Of a DNA stretch of 38,479 nt, positions 1-9,500 are shown in pieces. Position 1 is the first letter of the stretch, and each line of letters starts with the position of its first letter. The stretch covers positions 1 to 38,479 of the IMG/VR virus record IMGVR_UViG_3300022178_004177, one strand, 5' to 3'. Under the pieces are notes generated by a model. It was not told the origin of the DNA and did not search any database. It worked only from the letters and a program-made list of their open reading frames with translations. Source of the DNA: a virus. Lineage: Duplodnaviria > Caudoviricetes. The translations under genes were made by a program, and so were the position numbers.

Positions 1-2
1 CT

Positions 3-3000
3 TCAATTATAAACTCCAATAATCGTCTTGAAACCGTACATAAATTAGAGCAGGTAAAAAGAGAACACCATGACCGGCAAATTATAGAGCAAGCGGGAAT
101 AGGGACTGGTTTAGCAGCAGGTCTTGGAGCTGGTCTTTTAGATCCGATTAATTACATTGCTCTAGGTGGGGCCATGAGAACCGCCAAGGCTGTTGGGTTA
201 GCCACGAGGCCACTGGCCGTCGGAGCGGTCGGAGCGACTGAGAACGTCATTGGCTTATCCGTAGCGGAGCCTTTTCTTAGAGCCGCACAAATGACTCGTA
301 CAGACGAAGAGTTTCATCGTGACCTCTTTGGTGGCGTGGCACTTGGAGGGCTATTTGGGGGCATTTCTGGTTCTATAAGTTCGGCATCTACTGCGACAAG
401 CCGAGCATTATTAGGAACAGACAATCCAGAGAGTTTAATTTCTCAACAGGGAATAAACGATTATTTGCAAAACAATCCTGAACAAGCTCAGAGATTAGAT
501 GATCTTCTCGACGGAGATCAAGGTTTTGCTGTTTATGGAGAAACAAGAGAAGAACTTTCTGGAATTTTATTAGAAGCAACTAGGGGCACAAATCCTGAGT
601 TAGCTAGAATTTTAGGCCAAGATACTTTCTTTGGAAAAATGCTAGTAAAATTCTTATTCTTGAATCCGGCAATGAATCTTTCTAGGTCTAATTCGCAGTT
701 TGCCAGGGCGGCCTTGGATATCATGACCAAGCCAGCAATTCTAAGAGAGAATACTTTAGATACGCAGAGCATTGAAGCGGTTTTAGGAGTCGCTGAAGTA
801 GCCGCTGGCCGTATAGAAGTACGCATGAATACGGAAATATCAAGTTATATAGCTAATGGTGGCAGACTTTCAAAACAAGAAGTCCTAGATTTAGCAGGAA
901 GAGCGGCAGTAAGGACTGATATTGTAGATCCACAAAATGCTGCTAACGATTTCGTCATTGACGAGATCACAGGTGAACTAATAGAAGTCAATCCTTTTGC
1001 TGGTTTAGGCCAAGCTGAGATTGATGTTATTCAAAAAGTAGCGGGAATTAATCGTCAATTTTCTGACGCAATGAGAAAGACAGCCGTTACAGCAGGAGCA
1101 TTTACAGAACAACAAATCGATGCTGTATTTGCCAGCAACTATTTGCAGAGAAGATATAAAAGAGACAAAATTGATATGCACCCTGAACAGTTACGTGCAG
1201 TATTGATAAAGGCTTTTGAACATAAGAGATTGACAGAATTACCTGGATTGATAAGTGAAAGAGACGCAGTTAAACAACAATTAGACGATATCAATAACCG
1301 TTTGCGTAATATGGCTCCAGATAATCCTGACCGAAGAGCGTTGGAATATGATAGTGAGCAATTAAATGATAGTTTAAATCAATACCAAAGAAGTATTGAT
1401 GATCTTGGAAATCCTGATAACTGGGAAAATTTAGCAAATGCTGTTGAACTTCGTTTGAGAGATCAAATAGAAGATGACAGCGGCGGCCAAGTCAGAAGCA
1501 CTAACAGTTTAAATAATCGTGTATTGGATATTGAAGACCGTTTCCTGTCTCCTTTTATAGAACATAATGTTTCCACTCTCCAAAAACAACAGGTTCGAGT
1601 TCTTCTGCCTCAGCTAATGGCTGCGAATGCAATGGGGAATCACATGGACGGATTTCGTCTTAGCCCTGCATTGCAGACTAGATATACAAATGTAGTAAAC
1701 AGACTTGAGGAAATGAACACAAATCCTGATCGTTTTGGTTTTGAAGAGATCAATGAAACTAGGCTAGAATTAGAAGAAATCCTTGACGATGCGTCTCACT
1801 TGGAATTGCAATCTAACTTACGAGTCAATCTAGATTTAGAAAGATTAGGCCACACGAGTCAGCAGGATTTGCAAGAAACGCTAAACAGTTTAGTTACAAA
1901 TCTTAAAGAAGCTAGAAAAGGCTACCGAAGAACCCAACTGGAAATTAGAAATATATCTGAAAAGTTACGACTCGCAAGAGCTACTAATTTAGGCAGATCA
2001 TTAATTCAAGATCTTGAAAATCAACTTACAGAGTTAAACGCTAACGCTCTTGAGTTTAAAAACACGATGGGTAACCAAAGAACTCAAATAAATAAGTACG
2101 CAGACAATGCAGTTGTAAGCGGAACAAACGAATTAAATATTGATTTTAATACTAGCAAGTTTGGTTTAAACGAGATCAATTTTGAAGGGGCTGTAACTCC
2201 CGCTCAAATGTTGCAGAGACTTATTGTTACTAACAAATCTAGAGTATTAGCCTCTGTAGCCAACTCTCGCCGTAAATCATATATGGTCAACAACAACTCC
2301 CAACAACTTCAAGTTCAATTGCAACTAGACTTCCAGAGAATGCAACGAGATATTGACGCGGATTCTAGTTTGTCGTTTAAAAGAAAGACTAGAGAAAAAG
2401 AAAAGTTACGCAAAAAAATGGATCGAGATTTACAGGACTTAAAGGTTGTTTTTGACAGGTTACGCGGAAGAGATACTCCTGGAGATGCTTTGGGAAGAAT
2501 CGGAAAAACTGTTAGGGATTTAAACTACTCTCGATTGGGTGGTGGATTTTTAATTTCCAGTATGCCCGACGCACTGGTTGGCGTTGCTCAAGTTGGATTA
2601 CCTAATTATTTGCGAGCCTTTGCAACGCGATTAAATCCATTTATTAGTAAAGCTGAGTATCGCAGGGATATAGCAGAATATTTATATGCAAATGAAGCAG
2701 TCCTTGGCGGAGATCGTAACAGAAGAATTCATGGACTCGACCCGCTTGACCCTGACCGGCAAAATATTGTCGAGCGAGCTGGAGAAAGCGTTGCTAATAC
2801 AATGGGTCGATGGTTAGGGCTAAATAGTTGGAATGGCATGATGAAAGAAATTAATGCTATTGCTATTCAAAACAAAACGATGTCGATTGCGAAAAAGATT
2901 CAGCAGGGAAAAAGACTTTCTAGAAGCGACAAAGGTTTTATTCAGGGGACTGGTATCGGAGAAGACCAGTTTCGTCGGTGGGCTTCATACCAAGATTCGT

Positions 3001-3869
3001 TTGGTCAAAACAAAAAAACATTTATAGGCGGAGACTTTTATCATCCTCAAACTGGGATGTGGAACACGCTTCCTGGAGTTGACGAAAACTTAGTTCGTCA
3101 AGATCGCTTGGCTTTTGAGCGGTTTATTTTTCAGAGAGTAAATCAAACAATTGTTACTCCAGGTGCCGCTGATTTGCCGAGATGGATGACAAATACCGAA
3201 CTAGGAAGAATTGCAGGCCAGTTTGGTTCTTTCTCTATGGCTGCAACTTCTCAAGCAACAATTCCTATGATTCAGAAAATGGCTATGGGAGATATGAACC
3301 AAGTTATTATGTTTATTGGAACAGCCTCCCTTGGAGCCGCATCGTACTGGATACGACAAGCATTGAATGGGAAAGATCCTTTTGAAGACGAAGAAAAAAG
3401 AGATAGAAAAGGCCGACTCATTGCACGAGTGCCTTGGTGGAAAAAGTCTATTGTTGAAGGTATAGACCGAGGAGGTACGTTAGGTTGGCTTTCTCAAGGA
3501 AATGCAATGTCGGAAAGACTGACAGGATTCGGAGTTTCAACTCTGACAGGCACAGGAGCTTTAACTCGTATGCAAGCAAGGTCGAGAGTCGATACTTTAT
3601 TCGGGCCTACCGCCGGCCTAATAAACGATTTTACAGGAGTAATCGGAGCGGGTTTCGATAAAGCGATTAAAGGTGAGGATTTTAGTGAAGGCGATTACAA
3701 CGCAAGCCGTCGTATGATTCCGTTGCAAAATTTATTTCAACTTAGACTAGGACTTGACGTACTACCAAGTTTGAACCGGCAACGGCAGAACCCATTAAAG
3801 TATAGAAATTATCAAGACGCATATTTACCAGCCCAGCAAAAGTTAAGAAATTTAATGCAAGGACTCTAA
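3..3869 (+). CDS. Large internal virion / DNA-ejection protein (T7 gp16 / BPP-1 Bbp10-like class), 5'-truncated by the window edge
   Basis: The frame of ORF 174..3869 is open back to nt 3 (SIINSNNRLE...GLAAGLGAGLLDPINYIALGGAM). It has a Gly/Ala-rich hydrophobic N-region with a DPxNYI motif and a long helical body. C-terminal motifs RDLNYSRLGGGFLISSMPD and VNQTIVTPGAADLPRWM...GQFGSF resemble podovirus internal virion proteins. Confidence 0.7.
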   Translation, partial: SIINSNNRLETVHKLEQVKREHHDRQIIEQAGIGTGLAAGLGAGLLDPINYIALGGAMRTAKAVGLATRPLAVGAVGATENVIGLSVAEPFLRAAQMTRTDEEFHRDLFGGVALGGLFGGISGSISSASTATSRALLGTDNPESLISQQGINDYLQNNPEQAQRLDDLLDGDQGFAVYGETREELSGILLEATRGTNPELARILGQDTFFGKMLVKFLFLNPAMNLSRSNSQFARAALDIMTKPAILRENTLDTQSIEAVLGVAEVAAGRIEVRMNTEISSYIANGGRLSKQEVLDLAGRAAVRTDIVDPQNAANDFVIDEITGELIEVNPFAGLGQAEIDVIQKVAGINRQFSDAMRKTAVTAGAFTEQQIDAVFASNYLQRRYKRDKIDMHPEQLRAVLIKAFEHKRLTELPGLISERDAVKQQLDDINNRLRNMAPDNPDRRALEYDSEQLNDSLNQYQRSIDDLGNPDNWENLANAVELRLRDQIEDDSGGQVRSTNSLNNRVLDIEDRFLSPFIEHNVSTLQKQQVRVLLPQLMAANAMGNHMDGFRLSPALQTRYTNVVNRLEEMNTNPDRFGFEEINETRLELEEILDDASHLELQSNLRVNLDLERLGHTSQQDLQETLNSLVTNLKEARKGYRRTQLEIRNISEKLRLARATNLGRSLIQDLENQLTELNANALEFKNTMGNQRTQINKYADNAVVSGTNELNIDFNTSKFGLNEINFEGAVTPAQMLQRLIVTNKSRVLASVANSRRKSYMVNNNSQQLQVQLQLDFQRMQRDIDADSSLSFKRKTREKEKLRKKMDRDLQDLKVVFDRLRGRDTPGDALGRIGKTVRDLNYSRLGGGFLISSMPDALVGVAQVGLPNYLRAFATRLNPFISKAEYRRDIAEYLYANEAVLGGDRNRRIHGLDPLDPDRQNIVERAGESVANTMGRWLGLNSWNGMMKEINAIAIQNKTMSIAKKIQQGKRLSRSDKGFIQGTGIGEDQFRRWASYQDSFGQNKKTFIGGDFYHPQTGMWNTLPGVDENLVRQDRLAFERFIFQRVNQTIVTPGAADLPRWMTNTELGRIAGQFGSFSMAATSQATIPMIQKMAMGDMNQVIMFIGTASLGAASYWIRQALNGKDPFEDEEKRDRKGRLIARVPWWKKSIVEGIDRGGTLGWLSQGNAMSERLTGFGVSTLTGTGALTRMQARSRVDTLFGPTAGLINDFTGVIGAGFDKAIKGEDFSEGDYNASRRMIPLQNLFQLRLGLDVLPSLNRQRQNPLKYRNYQDAYLPAQQKLRNLMQGL

Positions 3870-3873
3870 TGAC

Positions 3874-4164
3874 ATGGAAAACATTGAATGGACTGGCGGT
3901 CTTGGTGCGATTGCCCTGACAATACTCATACTTAGGGAAGTTTTTTCTTTCTTGTCTAAATCAAAAAATGGCAATGGTCATGTGGCAATGGATACAAACA
4001 AAACAATGGCTCGGTTAGAAACCGAAATTAGAAAAGTAAGTCATGCAATTAACAATCTGAATCAAGTTTTAACTTTGATGCATCATGAGTTAAAAGAAAA
4101 CAGAAAAGAATCTGAGGAAATTTTAAATGAAGTCAGAAGACTTCGAGAGGAAATTAGAAAATGA
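3874..4164 (+). CDS. N-terminal TM + coiled-coil membrane protein (i-spanin- or BhlA-type holin-like); homolog of 31725..31991
   Basis: Hydrophobic GGLGAIALTILILREVFSFL followed by a heptad-like charged helix; SD-like AAGGA upstream; ATGA overlap with the downstream lipoprotein. Confidence 0.55.
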   Translation: MENIEWTGGLGAIALTILILREVFSFLSKSKNGNGHVAMDTNKTMARLETEIRKVSHAINNLNQVLTLMHHELKENRKESEEILNEVRRLREEIRK

Positions 4165-4397
4165 AATATTTAGTTCTGATAATGTTACTGCTAGTCGGCT
4201 GCGAAACTGTAACTGACATTTCTGATACTCTTTTTTACAGAGGAGAGGACGCGTCTAGCACAGCTGAAGACGCTCTTTCGGTTGCAAGACCTCTGATACC
4301 TTCTCCCTGGAGCGAAGCCCTTGTAGCAACAGTTACGGCTGTAGCAACATGGTGGACTGCAAAAAGAAAATTGTTATCCCAACCTACTGCAAAATAA
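4161..4397 (+). CDS. Lipoprotein, candidate spanin component
   Basis: Signal peptide II with lipobox (MKYLVLIMLL-LVGC); hydrophobic C-terminal segment ALVATVTAVATWW followed by KRK; SD GAGG upstream. Confidence 0.6.
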   Translation: MKYLVLIMLLLVGCETVTDISDTLFYRGEDASSTAEDALSVARPLIPSPWSEALVATVTAVATWWTAKRKLLSQPTAK

Positions 4398-4439
4398 GGT
4401 ATGTTGTTTTTTGTGTTAGAAAAATAAGGAGTAAGAAAA

Positions 4440-4856
4440 ATGAAATCCGTAAAAGTTTTTGATAATAAAACGTCTACTGGGGCTTCAGATTCCGTAGATG
4501 TTTTTATTGCTGACACGGGAATTAGTCCACCAAAAGCCCCACCATATGTAATGGTCAATGTTGTAAATGCAGGAAGTAATAATGCAAGTATTAACGTAGA
4601 GTGGTCTCCTGATAACTTAACTTGGTTTTCAGGAACTACGTATACCGGACCTGTTACTACTACAACTGGCCAAGTACGTCTAGACAGGATTGAAAATGTA
4701 GCTTCAGCATCGTCACCAGGTGTTGTAGCAAGTGACGGTGATTTAGATACGGGCAATTCTGCAATGCAGTTTGCTGTAAAAGGTCGTTATTGCCGTCTCA
4801 ATATAGTTCTAAAAGGAACTACAATTGATATAGATGCTTGGATTAGTGCTGGTTAA
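4440..4856 (+). CDS. Beta-rich putative virion (spike/decoration-like) protein
   Basis: Strong SD TAAGGAG. Ser/Thr/Val-rich with INVEWSPDNLTWF...GRYCRL, a pattern seen in small jelly-roll phage proteins. Confidence 0.45.
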   Translation: MKSVKVFDNKTSTGASDSVDVFIADTGISPPKAPPYVMVNVVNAGSNNASINVEWSPDNLTWFSGTTYTGPVTTTTGQVRLDRIENVASASSPGVVASDGDLDTGNSAMQFAVKGRYCRLNIVLKGTTIDIDAWISAG

Positions 4857-4894
4857 AAATCTTAGATCCAAAAATACCCACTAATTTAAAGCGT

Positions 4895-5248
4895 TTGGTT
4901 GTAGTCGTTTGGAGAGATATTACAGCCAGAGCAGATTGGGTAGGTAGCATCGAGGAAGTCGTTGAGGAGATTCAGCCAATTCTGTGCGTAACAGTAGGCT
5001 GGATTCTCCTTGACAACAAAGACACGCTAATAGTTGCGGATTCTGCAACAAAAGATAAAACTTTTGGAGGCACGACGGCAATTCCTAAAGGCGTAGTCGT
5101 AAGCATTGAAGATTTGAGAAAAGAAAGTGCAGCAGACATTCTCAAAAAAGCAACATTGAGAGAGTCTGTGAAAAAAAGAAAGGTGAAAAATGAGACCAAG
5201 AGAATTCTCACTGAGAGAGATGACGAGAGCAATTCGAGTCCTAAGTGA
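4895..5248 (+). CDS. Conserved phage hypothetical protein (VxWxD...VGW...IP pattern)
   Basis: VVVVWRDI...CVTVGWIL...GGTTAIPKGVV is a pattern I recall from small phage proteins. The start is uncertain (TTG, no clear SD). Confidence 0.55.
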   Translation: MVVVVWRDITARADWVGSIEEVVEEIQPILCVTVGWILLDNKDTLIVADSATKDKTFGGTTAIPKGVVVSIEDLRKESAADILKKATLRESVKKRKVKNETKRILTERDDESNSSPK

Positions 5249-5483
5249 AACGGCAAAGAAGAAACTGATATTAAGCGAGAGGCCGACGCGTTTCTATTTT
5301 CTAGAAGAAGACGGAAGTCAGACCCTGATTGGTCGTCACACGAGCGAAGCTTATAATAAAGTTCGAGCCGAAGCCGCCGAGACTATAGATGACCCTAAAG
5401 ATAAAAAGAAGTTTTTTGAAATCTCTTATCGTATAAGAAAAAATGCTCAATTCGGAGTAACCGGAATGGCCCAAGTCTTTTAG
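5190..5483 (+). CDS. Hypothetical protein
   Basis: 97-aa ORF, ATG preceded by AAGGTGA, fits the operon packing. Confidence 0.55.
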   Translation: MRPREFSLREMTRAIRVLSETAKKKLILSERPTRFYFLEEDGSQTLIGRHTSEAYNKVRAEAAETIDDPKDKKKFFEISYRIRKNAQFGVTGMAQVF

Positions 5484-5491
5484 GGGGACCA

Positions 5492-5602
5492 ATGAAAACT
5501 ACGATAGAAAATTTCTGGAACAAGATAGAGTTTATCTTGCTAGTAATTAGTGGCCTGTTTTTTATCAGCGTTATTTTGTATCTAGGGGGGTGCTTTGAAT
5601 GA
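5492..5602 (+). CDS. Small single-TM protein (36 aa; not in the ORF track)
   Basis: Translated by hand: MKTTIENFWNKIEFILLVISGLFFISVILYLGGCFE*. SD GGGGG upstream; its TGA overlaps the ATG at 5599. Confidence 0.55.
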   Translation: MKTTIENFWNKIEFILLVISGLFFISVILYLGGCFE

Positions 5603-6092
5603 GTTGGCATTGTTCGCTGGAGTTGGTGGAGGCATTCTCGCAAGCAAAAGTCTGGGTCACCGGGTCGTGTGTGCGGTGGAAAAAGATCCGTATTGCAGAG
5701 AGATCCTTATGCGGAGGCAAGAAGACAACTGCCTCCCAGTCTTCCCAATCTGGGACGACGTTGACAGCTTCGACGGGTACTCCTGGCATGGCGTTGTCGA
5801 TGTCATTTCTGCTGGATTTCCATGCCAAGGATTCTCCATTGCAGGAAAGCAAAAAGGAGCAGACGACCCCAGAAATAAATGGCCAGCGACTGCCAGAATC
5901 ATCGGAGAAGTACGCCCAAGCAGAGTTATTCTCGAAAACGTTCCAGGAATCAGAAAGTACGTCCGAGTCGTGGCCGGAGACCTTACCGATCTGGGGTACG
6001 ATTGTAAGTGGGGAGTTATTTCCGCTAGAGAAGCCGGAGCTAGACATCTCCGCAAACGATGGTGGTGCGTGGCCCACCCCACAAGCCCGTGA
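5595..6092 (+). CDS. C5 DNA cytosine methyltransferase, N-terminal (catalytic) part, motifs I-VIII
   Basis: LFAGVGG (motif I), AVEKD (II), AGFPCQGFS (IV, catalytic PC), ILENV (VI), GARHLRKRW (VIII). It stops before motifs IX-X. Confidence 0.9.
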   Translation: MNELALFAGVGGGILASKSLGHRVVCAVEKDPYCREILMRRQEDNCLPVFPIWDDVDSFDGYSWHGVVDVISAGFPCQGFSIAGKQKGADDPRNKWPATARIIGEVRPSRVILENVPGIRKYVRVVAGDLTDLGYDCKWGVISAREAGARHLRKRWWCVAHPTSP

Positions 6093-6570
6093 TTGGAAAA
6101 ACGGGCATGGTCCAAGTTATATCAATAAGGAGAGAAGCAACAGCCTAAACGATGCTGTGGATTATATCGAGAAAAAATGGCCTACTCCTTGTGTGAGTGA
6201 CTATAAAGGCGGAACCAGTGTTCCTAGAAAAGATACTGGCAAGGTTAGGACTGATCGACTCGACCACTGCTTAGAGCCTTATGCAAAAGGTCGATTAAAT
6301 CCTGACTGGGTGGAATGGCTGATGGGCTGGCCGATTGGCTGGACTTCGTTGGACTTTATGAAAATCGACATGAAGCGATGGTGGAACTATTCAATGATTA
6401 CAGAACCTGCCAAGTACTGGGAAGAAGATCCTGCTGACATTCCTGTGGGTGAGAAGTACCACACTCCGAGATTGACCTCGAAAAAAGAATACCGAGTAGA
6501 CCGATTAAAATGCTGCGGGAATGGTCAAGTCCCACAGCAGGTTATTTTAGCGCTGAAAATGTTACCTTGA
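5599..6570 (+). CDS. C5 methyltransferase C-terminal part in the +1 frame (WPTP repeats, motifs IX-X)
   Basis: WPTPQARDWK and WPTPCVSDYK repeats, RLNPDWVEWLMGWP (motif IX-like), RVDRLKCCGNGQVP (motif X). ATG is coupled to the upstream stop. Confidence 0.75.
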   Translation: MSWHCSLELVEAFSQAKVWVTGSCVRWKKIRIAERSLCGGKKTTASQSSQSGTTLTASTGTPGMALSMSFLLDFHAKDSPLQESKKEQTTPEINGQRLPESSEKYAQAELFSKTFQESESTSESWPETLPIWGTIVSGELFPLEKPELDISANDGGAWPTPQARDWKNGHGPSYINKERSNSLNDAVDYIEKKWPTPCVSDYKGGTSVPRKDTGKVRTDRLDHCLEPYAKGRLNPDWVEWLMGWPIGWTSLDFMKIDMKRWWNYSMITEPAKYWEEDPADIPVGEKYHTPRLTSKKEYRVDRLKCCGNGQVPQQVILALKMLP

Positions 6571-9500
6571 CGTTTGCTCTGCCAGTCCTTCAAGCGCACT
6601 GACTGCCTGGTTAAGTTCCAACTGCTGGTACGGTTGACGTTCGGTCAGGTCGAGTATTCTCTGCGCTGCGACGAAGTCTCCTTCATTTAACGCTTTCCGA
6701 ATTTTCTCTTGGTTAAAGTTTGATACACTTTCTAAGTGTTGCATTCTTCGACTTAGATCTATACTCGTAAGTCTGAGACCTGTGAAGAAAGGAACTAAGC
6801 TTTGGAAGAACGTCGAATCCTCGTCGCCGGCTATGCTGACCACCGTGCGGTAGAGTCTGGAGAAGTGCAGCTGATTCAAAAGGTGGTATCGGTGTCCGTT
6901 AACTCTGTAAAGAACTCGAGTGTCGGCACCACTGCCGATCCTGACTTTTCTCATGTCGAGGTAATCCCGGATCACCGGCCAGTCAAGAATAGCGCCTCGG
7001 ATAGTCTGGTCTTGGGAGATTTTGCTGTCGAAGTAGAGGTTTTTTCCAATATACAACTCAACGGGAATCTTCAGCATAGGATTCAATCTTGCGAAAACCT
7101 CATCGAAGAGAATATCAGGCGTACTCTGGCCCCTCCAGGTGGCGAGATCTCCGAGGAATCCCAGTTCCTCAGTAGCCAAGAGGTTGCGCCCTGTCCATAT
7201 CTGCAGCTGACCGTTATTGATCTGTGGCCCGAATCTCCATTGTTCTCGAACGTATGAAGGAAGCAGTGTGTCGATAGGGTCTGTGCGCTTTTGACTAAAC
7301 AGGTTCTGCGTTTTTCCCATTAAAGAAATCATGCCGGGTCGCTTGAACATGAGTCCGAGCTGCAGCGGCACGTTAAACCTGGAGAAAGTATAGAACGGGA
7401 AAAGCCTGCGCATGACGTTGCGCTCGAACGGTGAAAGACCGTTGGCATAATCAAACAAAAACTTTTGTGCGTATGCCATGGCGTCAGTGGCGCCCATGCC
7501 TTCTTCCATGTTTTTGAGCCAAATACTTAACCGGAAAAAGTTATCGCCCTTACCTGCAATTGTCGATGCCGTGTCCGCCAGAGAGTTAACGCCTCGCATG
7601 ACAAAGTTATCACTGAAGGGAGACAATATCCGAGGATCGGCGGCAATCATTGCAACGGAGGTCTGGCCGATCTTGTCTGCGAAGTTGACTTGTCCACCTA
7701 GTTTTTCAAACATTTCCAGCAGTACGTCAGAACGATACTGCACCCCGTTAATAGTTACGATCTCGTCGCCGCCCTGCATGATGTTCAACATCTTGCGATT
7801 CCAAGTTGGGCTTAAAGATTTTGTGCCCAAGGCGAACATACTTCTAACGGTGGCGTCCATGATGTTGCGAGCGTGGAAAGCTGGCCACGGCAAGGTCATT
7901 GCCCATTTGAAAGAGTTCGTCAAAGCGTCAGCGCTGCGGAGCATACCTCGCAGGACTGGACCAAACTCTCGCTCTGGTGCGACAGCATCGGCGACGGCGT
8001 CAGCCATCCACTTCGGAACTGTGATCGGTTGACCAAGATCTTTGCCTGACAGGTCGATTCCGTTTTCCATGATCCGAGCCATGCCTGGGAATCGAAGGGA
8101 GACCGGGCGCTCAGGATCGTTAACGTCCATCTCGCTGCCCAGTTTTTGGTATTCTTTTAGAAGCTCCTCGTCTGATAGCTCGCCCTTTTGCCAACGTGCT
8201 TCTAGCTTTCGAGGTAACAGCCCACGATCTCTCAGGCCTAACATGACCCTATCAGCTCTCTGCATGGACGCTCGGCTGCTCCGGCCAAAGCTTGTGACGT
8301 CTGGCTTCACGTTTGTTTGCAGGTAGTTGATGACTGCACTGGCCTCAGCTGCGCTTAACTTGTCTATGTTCTGGTGACCGATGACGGCCTGCAGTAAAAG
8401 ACGCTTCTGGTCAGTGGCTTCTATGGTGTCCCCTGAGAAGAAGCTATCCAGCGCTCGAGTTAGCTGCTTCTTCTGGATTTCCAGAGCCGGCACCCCTGTC
8501 ATCGCCCCACTCGTATCTTCGACCAGCTTCAGATAATCATGGACCTGCGCAACAGCGTTTACGAGGCTTGCATTAGCGTCTGTGACGACTCCGGCAGCTT
8601 CTGCAGCGTTTGCTACTATGAGACTGCCATCTTCTCCCTGAACGAGCCTGAGACCTTCTGAGCCACCTAGTAGTGCAAACTGGTCTTCCGGCAACTCGTC
8701 GAGGAACTCCTGCACCTTTTTTAGAAACTGTTGCGAGACAGCCCCAGCTTCGTAATCGATGTCCATATCTTGAATATCAATATTCAGCAGAGTCTTTATT
8801 GGATTTCCGGCTCTTTCAAACACCAGCTCTCCAGCACTTTCCAACATAACCCGGCGACCAGTAGTGATCTCGTCAATAGCTGCAGTCTGCTCTGGTGTCA
8901 TTACTCCTCTGCCGGCACCCGCAAGTCTCATGTTATTGATCTTCTCCAACTGTTCAGCGGGAGCGTCTAGGTTGCCGAGCTGATGACGCAACAACATATA
9001 GTTCATCTCTGCCCGGCTGGGCAAATCCATCAGCACTTTATGCAAAGCCATTTGCTCAGAGCGCTGAATCTGCAGTTTGAGGTAGTTCTGCATTTGGTAG
9101 ATACCACGCCACTGGGCTTTTTGTTCTGGCGTGTAATCCAAAGTGTCTTCAACGAAAGTTCGTGTTTCCATTTGCGGAATAGCTTCGTCGAGAGCTTGCA
9201 CCTCGTTTGTCAAAACCGCTCGAGATTCGTACTGCTTTGCAGCGTCGGAACGTGCGTCAGGAATCCGTGTTTCTACAAGCTTTTTCTTTGCAGCGTCCGA
9301 TGCCGTCTTGGGTTTCCCTCGCTCAAAGTACCTATCGAGTCCCGTCAGAAGATTGTTCGCCTGATCTTGAGTAATGGGTCCATTTGCAGAAGTGCCGTTG
9401 TTCAGCTGCTTCAATCTGTGGAGCCAGTACATAGCTCTGTTCGGGGTGTTTGTTTGGCTTCCCTGCTCGACGCCGTTCATCATATTCTGTAACTGCAGCA

